DNA from: an uncultured Sangeribacter sp.
GTDB taxonomy: Bacteria > Bacteroidota > Bacteroidia > Bacteroidales > Muribaculaceae
Length of the DNA: 64,000 bases
Direction: 5' to 3'
Assembly (NCBI GenBank): GCA_964388725.1
Contig: CAYMBR010000005.1
Coordinates: 3,681-67,680, forward strand
Of the stretch, positions 1 through 9,624 are shown piece by piece; the stretch's first letter is position 1, and each line of letters starts with the position of its first letter. The notes under the pieces were generated by a model. The model was not told where the DNA came from. It did not search any database and was given only the letters and a program-made list of their open reading frames with translations. The translations under genes were made by a program, and so were the position numbers.

Positions 1-2
1 GG

Positions 3-1502
3 GCGAAAGAGCGGATCATGGTCTATGGCGACTACGATGTAGACGGCACGACAGCCGTGGCTCTCGTCTACAAATATCTCCAGAATTATTACAGCAACAT
101 AGAATACTACATACCTACCCGCTATGAGGAGGGCTATGGCATCTCACGCAAAAGCATCGAATATGCAGCAGAAAATGATGTCAAACTTGTTGTAGTGCTC
201 GATTGCGGCATAAAAGCCATAGAAGAGATTGCATATGCCAAACAATTGGGGATAGACTTTATCATCTGCGACCATCACGTTCCAGACGAAGAGCTACCGC
301 CGGCAGTGGCGATCCTCAATCCGAAGATGCCCGGGTCGCCATATCCGTGTCCGCACCTAAGCGGATGCGGCGTAGGCTTCAAGTTCATGCAGGGATTTGC
401 CAAGAGCAATGGTTTGGGAAGCCACAACGAGCTTGATTCGCTACTTGACCTGGTGGCTGTGAGCATAGCTGCCGATATAGTGCCCATCATCGGGGAGAAC
501 CGCATAATGGCCTATCATGGCCTTCGCCGGCTCAACTCCAACCCCAATTTAGGATTGAGAAGCATCATCCGCCTCTGCAAACTGACCAACAAAGATATCA
601 CCATATCTGATGTGATATTCAAGATAGGGCCACGCATCAATGCGTCGGGACGAATGCAGAGCGGCATGGAAGCCGTAGGGCTGCTTGTGACCCGCGACCT
701 TCACGATGCCTATCAGCGTGGAGCAGAAATCGACCAATACAACAAAGACCGGAAGGAACTTGACAAGAAAATCACAGAAGAGGCCAATGAACTGATTGAG
801 AACAATATCAACATAGTTCATGGCAAGCGTTCGATAGTGATCTACAATAAGAACTGGCACAAGGGTATTATTGGCATAGTAGCTTCCCGACTTACAGAAC
901 TTTATTATAAGCCATCGGTAGTGCTTACCTATGCCAACGGAATGGCGACCGGAAGCAGCCGGTCGGTGCAAGGTTTTGATATCTACGCTGCAGTCAACTC
1001 CACTCGTCACTTGCTTGAGAATTTCGGAGGGCACACCTACGCTGTGGGGCTGTCACTGAAAGAGGAAAACATCCCGGAATTCAGCCGCTTGTTTGAGGAA
1101 TACGTGTCAGAAAACATCCAGCCCAACCAGATGAGTCCCCATATAGACATAGATGCAGACATCAGTTTTGCCGACATCACGCCGGAACTTGTCGGGTGGT
1201 TGAAAAAGTTCAATCCCTACGGTCCCGGCAATCAGAAGCCGATATTCCGCACCAGAAACGTGTTTGATTTCGGCACGTCAAAATTGGTGGGCAAGAATCT
1301 TGAGCATATCAAGCTTGAACTTGAGGATGACACCACGAGCCGCGTAATCTCGGCCATAGCCTTCAACATGGCACCATATTTCGAGCATATCCACGCCCAC
1401 AAGCCAGTGGACATATGCTACACCATCGAGCAAAACAAGCACAACCACACCGATGCGGTGCAGCTGATGATCAAAGACATCCGTCTTTCGAAATCCGAAT
1501 AA
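3..1502 (+). CDS. recJ: ssDNA-specific exonuclease RecJ (5' end outside the window)
   Basis: Motifs VYGDYDVDG, LDCG, ICDHH (DHH), GPRINASGR and FGGH. The frame is open upstream of the ATG at 18 to the window edge. Confidence 0.96.
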   Translation, partial: AKERIMVYGDYDVDGTTAVALVYKYLQNYYSNIEYYIPTRYEEGYGISRKSIEYAAENDVKLVVVLDCGIKAIEEIAYAKQLGIDFIICDHHVPDEELPPAVAILNPKMPGSPYPCPHLSGCGVGFKFMQGFAKSNGLGSHNELDSLLDLVAVSIAADIVPIIGENRIMAYHGLRRLNSNPNLGLRSIIRLCKLTNKDITISDVIFKIGPRINASGRMQSGMEAVGLLVTRDLHDAYQRGAEIDQYNKDRKELDKKITEEANELIENNINIVHGKRSIVIYNKNWHKGIIGIVASRLTELYYKPSVVLTYANGMATGSSRSVQGFDIYAAVNSTRHLLENFGGHTYAVGLSLKEENIPEFSRLFEEYVSENIQPNQMSPHIDIDADISFADITPELVGWLKKFNPYGPGNQKPIFRTRNVFDFGTSKLVGKNLEHIKLELEDDTTSRVISAIAFNMAPYFEHIHAHKPVDICYTIEQNKHNHTDAVQLMIKDIRLSKSE

Positions 1503-1521
1503 CAAATTCCCCATACAAAAA

Positions 1522-3426
1522 TTGGAACAGATTCTCAGGAAATACTGGGGCTACGACAGCTTCAGGCCATTGCAGCGGGATATCATCGACAGCATAATGG
1601 CCGGGCACGACACACTCGGCCTGATGCCGACGGGTGGCGGAAAGTCCATCACATTCCAGGTTCCGGGGATGGCGTTTGAGACGGGGCTGACAGTGGTCGT
1701 GACACCCCTGATCTCACTTATGAAGGATCAGGTAGACAATCTGAAGCGGCATGGCATAGTGGCAGTGATGCTCAACAGCGGCATGACCACGCGTGAGACA
1801 CGCGTGGCATGGGAACGCCTGACCAACGGGCGAGCGAGGTTTCTGTATGTGTCGCCTGAGAAACTCCGGAATCCGAATTTTCTTGATGAAATACGCAGGC
1901 TGCCGGTGCGCCTGATAGTGGTCGATGAGGCCCACTGCATATCTCAGTGGGGATATGATTTCCGGCCTTCGTATCTGAATATTGCAGCGTTGCGGAAGGT
2001 CCATCCGGGAGTCCCGGTTCTTGCACTGACAGCAACCGCCACCCCATTGGTGGCAGACGACATAATGGAACGTCTTGAATTCCGGCCAGGGAGCAAGAAA
2101 TTCAAGATGAGTTTCGTGCGCGACAACATTTCCTATCTGGTCAGGGAGTCGGAAAACAAGATGAGCGACATCCTTCACATCCTGTCGCGGACCAGCGGAA
2201 GCAGTATAGTCTATGTGAGAAGTCGCCGCAAGACGAAAGAAATTGCAGAGTTTCTGAATGTGTCGGGGATTTCAGCCGATTATTACCACGCAGGGCTTTC
2301 TTATGAGACAAAGACCGAACGCCAAAACAAATGGCAACGGAATGAGATACGCGTGATTGTGGCCACCAACGCATTCGGTATGGGTATTGACAAGCCGGAT
2401 GTCCGCACAGTGGTCCATGCCGATTTTCCACCATCGCTGGAGGAATATTACCAGGAGGCCGGGCGAGCCGGACGCGACGGCAAGGCATCCTTTGCAGTAT
2501 TGCTCGCATCGAAAAGCGACAAGGCGACGTTGCGGCGAAAGCTGGCACAGACATTTCCCTCCCGAGAAGACATTCGGAAGATATATGAACGGGCATGCAA
2601 TTTTATGCATCTTGCAATAGGCGAAGGCTACGACCGGCTGATAGAATTTGACTTTGAACTCTTCTGCGACACGTTCCATCTGCAGCGTCAGCAGGTGCTT
2701 GCCGCATTCCATCTGCTGTCGCAGGCGGGATATTTTGACTATATAGAGGAAACGGAGAGCAATTCACGATTGATGATTACAGTGGACCGCGAGGAACTGT
2801 ATCATACCGGAGCTTCGGAAGATGCTGAAAAAGTGCTGTCGTGTGTGCTCAGGCTTTATCCGGGACTATTTTCCGATTATGTCCAGATCAACGAATCGAA
2901 GATTTCGCGTGAGACGGGTCTTGACCCGGAAAGAGTCTATAATGCGCTGCTTGAGCTCAACCGGCAGAAGATCATCGTGTATGTGCCACGCCGGCGCACA
3001 CCATTTGTCAGCGTCACAACATCGCGTGAGGAATCGAAATATATCCAGATAGGCAAGAGCATCTATGAAGACCGGCATGAGGTAATGTCGAAGCGAGTGG
3101 AGGCTATGATCGACTATGCCTATAACGACGGCAATTGCCGCGTCAGCCGCATGCTCGCTTACTTCGGAGAAGAGAAGAATGAGGAATGCGGCAAATGCGA
3201 TGTATGCCGGAGCCACCGCAAATCCGGCACACATGTCACAAAAGAAGAAATGATCAAGAAAGTGTGGCAATACATGCAGCTGTTTCCGGCCGGAGTGACG
3301 CAGGCCATACTGGAGCGTAACTTTTCCCCCGACGACCAATTGGCCGGGGAAGCACTCCGCTTTCTCGTGGAGGAAGGGTTTGCCATCGAAACCCATTCCA
3401 TCTATCGACTTCGCGAATATTCTTAA
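1522..3426 (+). CDS. recQ: RecQ-family ATP-dependent DNA helicase
   Basis: MPTGGGKS Walker A, DEAHCISQWGYDFRP, ATNAFGMGID, YYQEAGRAGRDG and a C-terminal CGKCDVC Zn motif. TTG start. Confidence 0.93.
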   Translation: MEQILRKYWGYDSFRPLQRDIIDSIMAGHDTLGLMPTGGGKSITFQVPGMAFETGLTVVVTPLISLMKDQVDNLKRHGIVAVMLNSGMTTRETRVAWERLTNGRARFLYVSPEKLRNPNFLDEIRRLPVRLIVVDEAHCISQWGYDFRPSYLNIAALRKVHPGVPVLALTATATPLVADDIMERLEFRPGSKKFKMSFVRDNISYLVRESENKMSDILHILSRTSGSSIVYVRSRRKTKEIAEFLNVSGISADYYHAGLSYETKTERQNKWQRNEIRVIVATNAFGMGIDKPDVRTVVHADFPPSLEEYYQEAGRAGRDGKASFAVLLASKSDKATLRRKLAQTFPSREDIRKIYERACNFMHLAIGEGYDRLIEFDFELFCDTFHLQRQQVLAAFHLLSQAGYFDYIEETESNSRLMITVDREELYHTGASEDAEKVLSCVLRLYPGLFSDYVQINESKISRETGLDPERVYNALLELNRQKIIVYVPRRRTPFVSVTTSREESKYIQIGKSIYEDRHEVMSKRVEAMIDYAYNDGNCRVSRMLAYFGEEKNEECGKCDVCRSHRKSGTHVTKEEMIKKVWQYMQLFPAGVTQAILERNFSPDDQLAGEALRFLVEEGFAIETHSIYRLREYS

Positions 3427-3444
3427 CCCTTAACTTTTAACTCT
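3424..3444 (+). repeat. Degenerate 7-bp tandem (TAACCCT TAACTTT TAACTCT) filling the recQ-polymerase junction
   Basis: Read directly; the first unit contains the recQ stop codon. Confidence 0.55.
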
Positions 3445-3449
3445 TTCCC

Positions 3450-4694
3450 ATGGTAGGACTTGCTGATTGCAATAATTTCTTTGTCAGCTGCGAGCGGACT
3501 CTAAATCCCGCGCTGGAGAATCGGGCAGTCGTCGTCTTGAGTAACAACGACGGGTGTGTCGTGGCACGCAGCAATGAGGCGAAGCGTGCGGGCATCAAGA
3601 TGGGCCAACCGGCTTTCCAAATCAAAGACCGCATCCAAAGCGGAGAGATAATAGCAATCAGCGGAAACCATCTTCTCTATCGCGATATAAGCCTGAAGGT
3701 GCACAATATTTTCCGTCATTATGCACCGAAGACCCTTGACTACAGTGTGGATGAGGCATTCCTGCTCATGGATGGGATTCCGGACTCGAGCCTCCATGAA
3801 ATAGGGAATGCCATAGCCAAAGAATGCTGGGAAAAGCTCCACATACCGGTGACCATAGGTTTTGCGCCAAGCAAGACACTGGCCAAGATAGTGTCGGAGA
3901 CATGCAAGAAGAGAGGGAAACCAGTGGGTGTGCTTTTCAAGGCGGAAGATGCCTGGCCAGTGATGGAAAAGATGTCGATAGCCGACCTCTGGGGCATAGG
4001 CAGAAGGCTTTCGAAAAGACTCTACACGGGAGGGATCTATACAATAGCAGATTTTGCCAAGAAGGAATTGTCGTGGGTAAGGGCGACGTTGGGAATCAAT
4101 GGCGAACGAAGTTGGCGGGAGCTGCATGGGGAGCATTGCATAGGGCTGAGCCATGTTGAAGCCACCATGCAGGATTCCATCAGCGAGAGCCGCACCTTTC
4201 CAGAGGATGTGACCGATTATGACTACCTGAGGGCGAGGATTGCAATCTACGCATCGGACTGCTGCAAAAAGCTGAGGCGCATGGGAGGTGAGTGCAGTCT
4301 GATGGGGATAGTGCTCGAGACCAACCGGTTTCATACCGACCGAGGATATGCAAGGCCCCAGGGGAGTGTCCGTTTCGACCGTCCGACAAGCGACACGGTT
4401 GCAGTATGCCAGGCAGCCATCCGTCTGCTTGATGAAATATTTATCCCAGGGCTTGCGTTCAAGCGGGCAGGGGTTTGGCTCAGCGAGATAGTAGCAGCGC
4501 AGTCGATAGTTCCGTCGCTGTTTGAGCCGGAAGAAGAAGTGTCGGAAAGGATAACCCGCAAAGATCTGATGAAAGCGATAGACAACATCAATCTTGGTCC
4601 GGGAATTCCAGTCTTAAAGTTAGCCTCACAGATCACGCAGGGCCATCCCGGCCACAACGACGGCTACTCGTCGAGTTTCCAGGCACCGAAATAG
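3450..4694 (+). CDS. Y-family DNA polymerase (UmuC/DinB-like)
   Basis: DCNNFFVSCE, VLSNNDGCVVARSNEAK, YSVDEAF and WGIGRR. Confidence 0.92.
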   Translation: MVGLADCNNFFVSCERTLNPALENRAVVVLSNNDGCVVARSNEAKRAGIKMGQPAFQIKDRIQSGEIIAISGNHLLYRDISLKVHNIFRHYAPKTLDYSVDEAFLLMDGIPDSSLHEIGNAIAKECWEKLHIPVTIGFAPSKTLAKIVSETCKKRGKPVGVLFKAEDAWPVMEKMSIADLWGIGRRLSKRLYTGGIYTIADFAKKELSWVRATLGINGERSWRELHGEHCIGLSHVEATMQDSISESRTFPEDVTDYDYLRARIAIYASDCCKKLRRMGGECSLMGIVLETNRFHTDRGYARPQGSVRFDRPTSDTVAVCQAAIRLLDEIFIPGLAFKRAGVWLSEIVAAQSIVPSLFEPEEEVSERITRKDLMKAIDNINLGPGIPVLKLASQITQGHPGHNDGYSSSFQAPK

Positions 4695-4747
4695 GCGAGT
4701 CGCGAATTGGCGCAAAACTTGCAGGCATTCTTTGTTGTTTTAAAGGT

Positions 4748-6154
4748 ATGAGTAAGACAAAAATCGCCATATTTATAATGACCCTGGTGTGTGGCATCGC
4801 ATGCTGCCAAAAGAAAAAGAACGAGCATAAGCGGCTGATTGATTTTGAGGGGGTGCATGTTGAGGTGCCAGACACCCTCAGGGTCGGTATGCTCAACTCC
4901 CCCACTACCTACTTTGACTATCGCGGGACGCCGATGGGCTACGACTATGAGCTGATGGAAAGTTTTGCCAGATATTATGGTCTTAATTTTGAAGTGAAGG
5001 TGGGAGGCACCATATCAGAAATGATCTCATGGCTTGAGAACGGACAAATAGATATCCTTGCGAGTCCGGTGCCATCGACAACGGAGTTTAAAGACAGGGT
5101 GCTACCGTGCGGACCGAGGATGGAAAGTTGCCAGGTATTGGTTCAGAAATCGGATGCCGACAGCCTTGTGAGGGATGTGACGCAACTTGTCGGCAAGGAA
5201 GTCATGGTGGAAGGAGATTCGAAATACTATTACCGTATGAAGAATCTCAATGAAGAGATTGGCGGTGGCATAAGGATTGCGACACTCGATCGCGACACGA
5301 TCACAGACGACGATCTCCTGTCGATGGTATGGAAAGGTGAAATACCGCTGACAGTGGTTGATTCCGATGTAGCCGAGGCAGCCCTGTCGTATTATCCCGG
5401 TCTTGACATATCTCTGAAGGTGAGCCTTGAGCAATATTCCCAATGGGCAGTGTCGGCAGACTCTGAAGGTCTGGCGAGGGCTCTCGACCGATGGTGTGCC
5501 GATGATGACAAAGACGTTAAGGAGATATTCAAGAAATATTATCTGCTTTCCAAAGTGGACTATATTGAAGATGACATATCCGGAATGGAAGACATCAGCA
5601 AGATGAGCTTTCCAGACGGGAAAATCTCACCCTACGACCATATATTCAAGGCGGCGGCAGAGAAATCGGGATTCGACTGGCAGATGCTTGCGGCGATTGC
5701 CTATGTAGAATCACATTTCAAAGCAGACACCAAAAGCTGGGCCGGGGCATTGGGTCTGATGCAAGTGATGCCACTGACGGCGACCTCCATGGGCTATACG
5801 GCAGAGGAGATGACAAATCCGAGCAAGAACGTGGAAGTGGCGGTCAAGGCACTGAGGCAAATCGGCAAGTTGCTTGAGAAAAAGGTACCCAATCCAGAGC
5901 AACGCCTTGACTTTGTGTTGGCGTCGTATAATTCGGGACCGGGACACATCCTTGATGCAATAGCGCTTGCCGACAAATATGGCATGGACCCGCAAGTGTG
6001 GCAAGGGAATGTGGAGAAGGCGGCGGTAATGAAGTCAAAACCGGCCTATTATCGCGATCCGGTGGTGAAGAATGGCTATTTTCGGGGCAAGGAAACAATA
6101 AACTTTGTGAAAAAGGTACGGGCAGCCTACAACATCTTTCGTTCGAAAGCTTAG
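4748..6154 (+). CDS. mltF: MltF-like lytic transglycosylase (SBP domain + SLT domain), probable lipoprotein
   Basis: Signal ending GIAC, GYDYEL SBP region, and SLT motifs AYVESHF, GALGLMQVMP and ASYNSGPGH. Confidence 0.85.
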   Translation: MSKTKIAIFIMTLVCGIACCQKKKNEHKRLIDFEGVHVEVPDTLRVGMLNSPTTYFDYRGTPMGYDYELMESFARYYGLNFEVKVGGTISEMISWLENGQIDILASPVPSTTEFKDRVLPCGPRMESCQVLVQKSDADSLVRDVTQLVGKEVMVEGDSKYYYRMKNLNEEIGGGIRIATLDRDTITDDDLLSMVWKGEIPLTVVDSDVAEAALSYYPGLDISLKVSLEQYSQWAVSADSEGLARALDRWCADDDKDVKEIFKKYYLLSKVDYIEDDISGMEDISKMSFPDGKISPYDHIFKAAAEKSGFDWQMLAAIAYVESHFKADTKSWAGALGLMQVMPLTATSMGYTAEEMTNPSKNVEVAVKALRQIGKLLEKKVPNPEQRLDFVLASYNSGPGHILDAIALADKYGMDPQVWQGNVEKAAVMKSKPAYYRDPVVKNGYFRGKETINFVKKVRAAYNIFRSKA

Positions 6155-6204
6155 ACAAAATGTTTTATAACATATAGTCCAACCATAAAAAATCGGCAAA
6201 AAAA

Positions 6205-6236
6205 TTTGCATAATGACAATAATTCAATTAAATTTG
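6205..6236 (+). promoter_or_regulatory. Bacteroidota primary-sigma promoter for serC
   Basis: TTTG at 6205-6208 and TAAATTTG at 6229-6236 with a 20-nt spacer. Confidence 0.7.
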
Positions 6237-6264
6237 CACTCAAAACCTCTAATACATTGAAAAA

Positions 6265-7335
6265 ATGAAGAAACATAATTTCTATGCCGGCCCATCGATA
6301 CTGAGCCAGTACACAATCAAGAATACCGCCGACGCGATCATCGATTTCGCAGACATGGGACTGTCGATACTTGAGATATCGCACCGCAGCAAGCAATTTC
6401 AGGCAGTGGTAGATGAGGCTGTTGCACTCATCAAGGAGCTGCTTGAAGTACCAGAAGGATATAGCGTGCTCTTCCTCGGAGGCGGCGCAAGCCTTCAGTT
6501 TGCGATGGCGCCGATGAACTTCCTGAACACAAAGGCAGCCTACCTTGACACCGGTGTTTGGGCTTCAAAGGCAATAAAAGAAGCCAAACTCTTCGGAGAA
6601 GTTGACGTGGTGGCATCCGGCAAGGATTCAAAATATACTGTCATTCCCAAGAACTGGACAGTGCCGTCGGATGTGGACTATTTCCACTACACATCAAACA
6701 ATACTATCTATGGCACAGAAATCCGCAAGGATCCGGAAGTAGGAGTGCCTATGATCTGCGACATGAGCTCCGATATCTTCTCACGCCCTGTGGATGTGAG
6801 CAAATACGACCTCATCTATGCCGGTGCTCAGAAGAATCTCGCACCTTCGGGAGTAACACTATGCATCGTGAAGGATGCCGCCCTCGACAAGGTGAAACGA
6901 GTGATACCCACAATGCTCAAATATAAGACGCATGTTGACAAGGGCTCGATGTTCAACACTCCTCCGGTGCTCCCCATCTATGCTGCACTTCAGACTCTGA
7001 AATACTACAAGAGCCTCGGCGGTATCCGCGAGATAGAGAAGATGGACGAGGCAAAAGCAGCTAAACTCTATGATGCCATCGACTCAAGCAAGATGTTTGT
7101 GGCCACAGTCCAGGAGAAGGAAAGCCGTTCGATCATGAACGTCTGCTTCGTAATGAAACCGGAATATGCAGAACTGGAGAAAGATTTCATCGACTTTGCC
7201 ACATCAAAGGGCATGATGGGCATCAAGGGACACCGTGATGTGGGCGGATTCCGAGCATCACTCTACAATGCACTACCGATGGAATCAGTAGAGGCTCTTA
7301 TTGCCTGCATGAAGGAATTCGAATCCCTCCACTAA
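6265..7335 (+). CDS. serC: Phosphoserine aminotransferase
   Basis: [33 protein letters not shown] and [16 protein letters not shown]. Confidence 0.97.
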   Translation: MKKHNFYAGPSILSQYTIKNTADAIIDFADMGLSILEISHRSKQFQAVVDEAVALIKELLEVPEGYSVLFLGGGASLQFAMAPMNFLNTKAAYLDTGVWASKAIKEAKLFGEVDVVASGKDSKYTVIPKNWTVPSDVDYFHYTSNNTIYGTEIRKDPEVGVPMICDMSSDIFSRPVDVSKYDLIYAGAQKNLAPSGVTLCIVKDAALDKVKRVIPTMLKYKTHVDKGSMFNTPPVLPIYAALQTLKYYKSLGGIREIEKMDEAKAAKLYDAIDSSKMFVATVQEKESRSIMNVCFVMKPEYAELEKDFIDFATSKGMMGIKGHRDVGGFRASLYNALPMESVEALIACMKEFESLH

Positions 7336-7425
7336 CCCCATGATTTCGTAATGATTTAAGGTTTATGCTTTAATTGCCAACCATTTAAATTAAGCCATAA
7401 ACCTTAGACCTTAAACTTTTTACAG

Positions 7426-8343
7426 ATGAAAGTATTAGTATTCACAGAAAAGCCTTTTGCCGCCAATGCGGTGAAAGCTATCGAAAATACCATCAACGCG
7501 AGTGGCAACGAAATGAAACTCGTGGAGATGGCCACGCGCCAGGATCTTCTGGAAGCAGTGGCAGATGTGGAAGGCCTCATCGTCCGCAGCGACAAGATTG
7601 ATTCAGAAGTAATGGATCATGCACCGAAGTTGAAAGTAATAGTACGCGCCGGAGCCGGCTACGACAACATCGACCTTGAAGCAGCCACACAGCATGGAAT
7701 CTGCGTGATGAACACACCAGGCCAGAATTCCAATGCAGTTGCAGAGTTAGTGTTCGGTATGGTTGTCATGATGTGCCGCAACCAATATAATGGCAAATCC
7801 GGTTCCGAACTAAAGGGTAAAAACCTTGGCATATATGCTTTCGGACAAGTCGGCCGCAATGTGGCACGCATTGCCAAAGGATTTGGCATGAACATCTCAG
7901 CGCTCGACAAATTTGTTTCAGACGCAGTGATGGAAGCAGAAGGAGTACGTCCGGTGCATGATGTCAACGTGCTCTTCTCCGAAAATGATTTCGTATCGCT
8001 TCACATTCCAGCTACTGCTGAAACAAAGAAAAGCATTGGCTACGAGTTCGTGACCAAAATGCCGAAGGGTGGAGTTCTTGTCAATACCGCCCGCAAGGAG
8101 GTAATAGATGAAGAGGGTCTGATCAAAGCGCTTGAAGAGCGCACCGACCTTCGCTACGTCAGCGACATCAAGCCGGATTCTGCAGAGGAATTTGAGAAGA
8201 AATTCGGCGACCGCGTATTCTTCACCCCGAAGAAGATGGGAGCGCAGACCGCGGAGGCCAACTTCAATGCCGGAGTTGCAGCCGCAGAACAGGTGCTCGC
8301 CTACCTGAAAGACGGATGGAACAAATATCAGGTCAACAAATAA
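7426..8343 (+). CDS. serA: D-3-phosphoglycerate dehydrogenase (short type)
   Basis: RAGAGYDNID, NTPGQNSNAVAE, SLHIP and VNTAR; lies downstream of serC. Confidence 0.88.
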   Translation: MKVLVFTEKPFAANAVKAIENTINASGNEMKLVEMATRQDLLEAVADVEGLIVRSDKIDSEVMDHAPKLKVIVRAGAGYDNIDLEAATQHGICVMNTPGQNSNAVAELVFGMVVMMCRNQYNGKSGSELKGKNLGIYAFGQVGRNVARIAKGFGMNISALDKFVSDAVMEAEGVRPVHDVNVLFSENDFVSLHIPATAETKKSIGYEFVTKMPKGGVLVNTARKEVIDEEGLIKALEERTDLRYVSDIKPDSAEEFEKKFGDRVFFTPKKMGAQTAEANFNAGVAAAEQVLAYLKDGWNKYQVNK

Positions 8344-8368
8344 CCAGACAATCACATAACGATGTATG

Positions 8369-8403
8369 AATCAGGCTGCATTCAATCGGAATGCAGCCTG
8401 ATT
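8369..8403. terminator. Bidirectional hairpin between convergent serA and hemW
   Basis: Perfect 15-bp arms AATCAGGCTGCATTC / GAATGCAGCCTGATT with a 5-nt loop. Confidence 0.85.
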
Positions 8404-8433
8404 TATGCTATAACATTATGAGAAAAATCACAT

Positions 8434-9624
8434 TCACGCCAAATCGAGGATGATTGCATCAGAGATGAGCAATGAATCTTCCGCCACCGATAGGTGATTA
8501 TCTTTCAGGAGTAAAGATCCACGCTCCAATAAAGGCTCGCTACGCTTCAACAGCTGAGCATATTGAACGTCGCCGAAACGGCGTTTGAAATCAGCGAGGT
8601 CGATTCCCTCCTTGGTGCGCAGGCGTATCATCACATATTCCTCCCTTAGCTCCACTTCAGTCAGGTATTCACGTGTTATAATGTCATCTGCCAAGGCCCT
8701 TAGACCCGAGGAATCAAGATTTCCGCAATAAGAATCACGACTTAAGGCATCAGGACTCCAGACATCCATATATCTCCTTACATCGGCTATCACGGCACTT
8801 CTGCAACGCCCACCATCATAGCTATGCGCTGAAGGACCCAATCCAAGATAAGGCATCAGTTGCCAATAAGAAGAGTTGTGTCGGCTTCTGAACCCCGGCA
8901 ATGCGAAATTGCTAATTTCATAATGCTCATAACCGGCATTGTGCAATTCTTCCATAAGAATCCTCATCATCAATTCCGAAACTTCTTCAGGAGTTTCGAT
9001 CACGTCTCCCCTATTGCGCAAGAATGTAAGGGCCGTACCCTCCTCATACATGAGTGAATAGGATGATATATGCTCCGGACGCAATGCTATTGCCTCTTTC
9101 AAATCCTTTCGCCACATTTCAACGCTTTGTCCGGGAATGCCATAGATAAGATCGATTGAAATATTGTCAATCATCTCCCTTGCCATAGAATATGCGCGGC
9201 GAGCGGCGTCGGCGGAATGTCTTCTCTTCAGGGATTTCAGCAATGAATTATCGAAACTCTGGATGCCAATGCTCAACCTATTGACTCCTCCCCTTTTCCA
9301 GGCATCCAACATTTCCGGAGTGACATCATCTGGATTCACCTCAATGGTGAACTCTTCAACATTTCCGGAATATGGTTTTAATGCCTCGCAAAGACGAAGA
9401 AAGTCTTTGCAAGGCATCAATGATGGAGTGCCGCCGCCGATATAAATGGTGCGAAGCGGACTCGGGAGTTCAGAAATTCTATAGTTCAGTTCAGCAATCA
9501 GGGCATCAACATATCTGCCCCAGTCGGCCTGTCGAGCCCCGATGCTGTAGAAATCGCAATATAAACATTTCATGCGGCAAAAAGCCGCATGAATATATAG
9601 ACCACCATTACTGATTGCAGTCAT
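8434..9624 (-). CDS. hemW: Radical SAM heme chaperone HemW (HemN-like)
   Basis: LYIHAAFCRMKCLYCDF (CxxxCxxC), YIGGGTPS, HYEISNF, SRHNSSYW and YLGLGPSAHS. Confidence 0.9.
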   Translation of the reverse strand: MTAISNGGLYIHAAFCRMKCLYCDFYSIGARQADWGRYVDALIAELNYRISELPSPLRTIYIGGGTPSLMPCKDFLRLCEALKPYSGNVEEFTIEVNPDDVTPEMLDAWKRGGVNRLSIGIQSFDNSLLKSLKRRHSADAARRAYSMAREMIDNISIDLIYGIPGQSVEMWRKDLKEAIALRPEHISSYSLMYEEGTALTFLRNRGDVIETPEEVSELMMRILMEELHNAGYEHYEISNFALPGFRSRHNSSYWQLMPYLGLGPSAHSYDGGRCRSAVIADVRRYMDVWSPDALSRDSYCGNLDSSGLRALADDIITREYLTEVELREEYVMIRLRTKEGIDLADFKRRFGDVQYAQLLKRSEPLLERGSLLLKDNHLSVAEDSLLISDAIILDLA

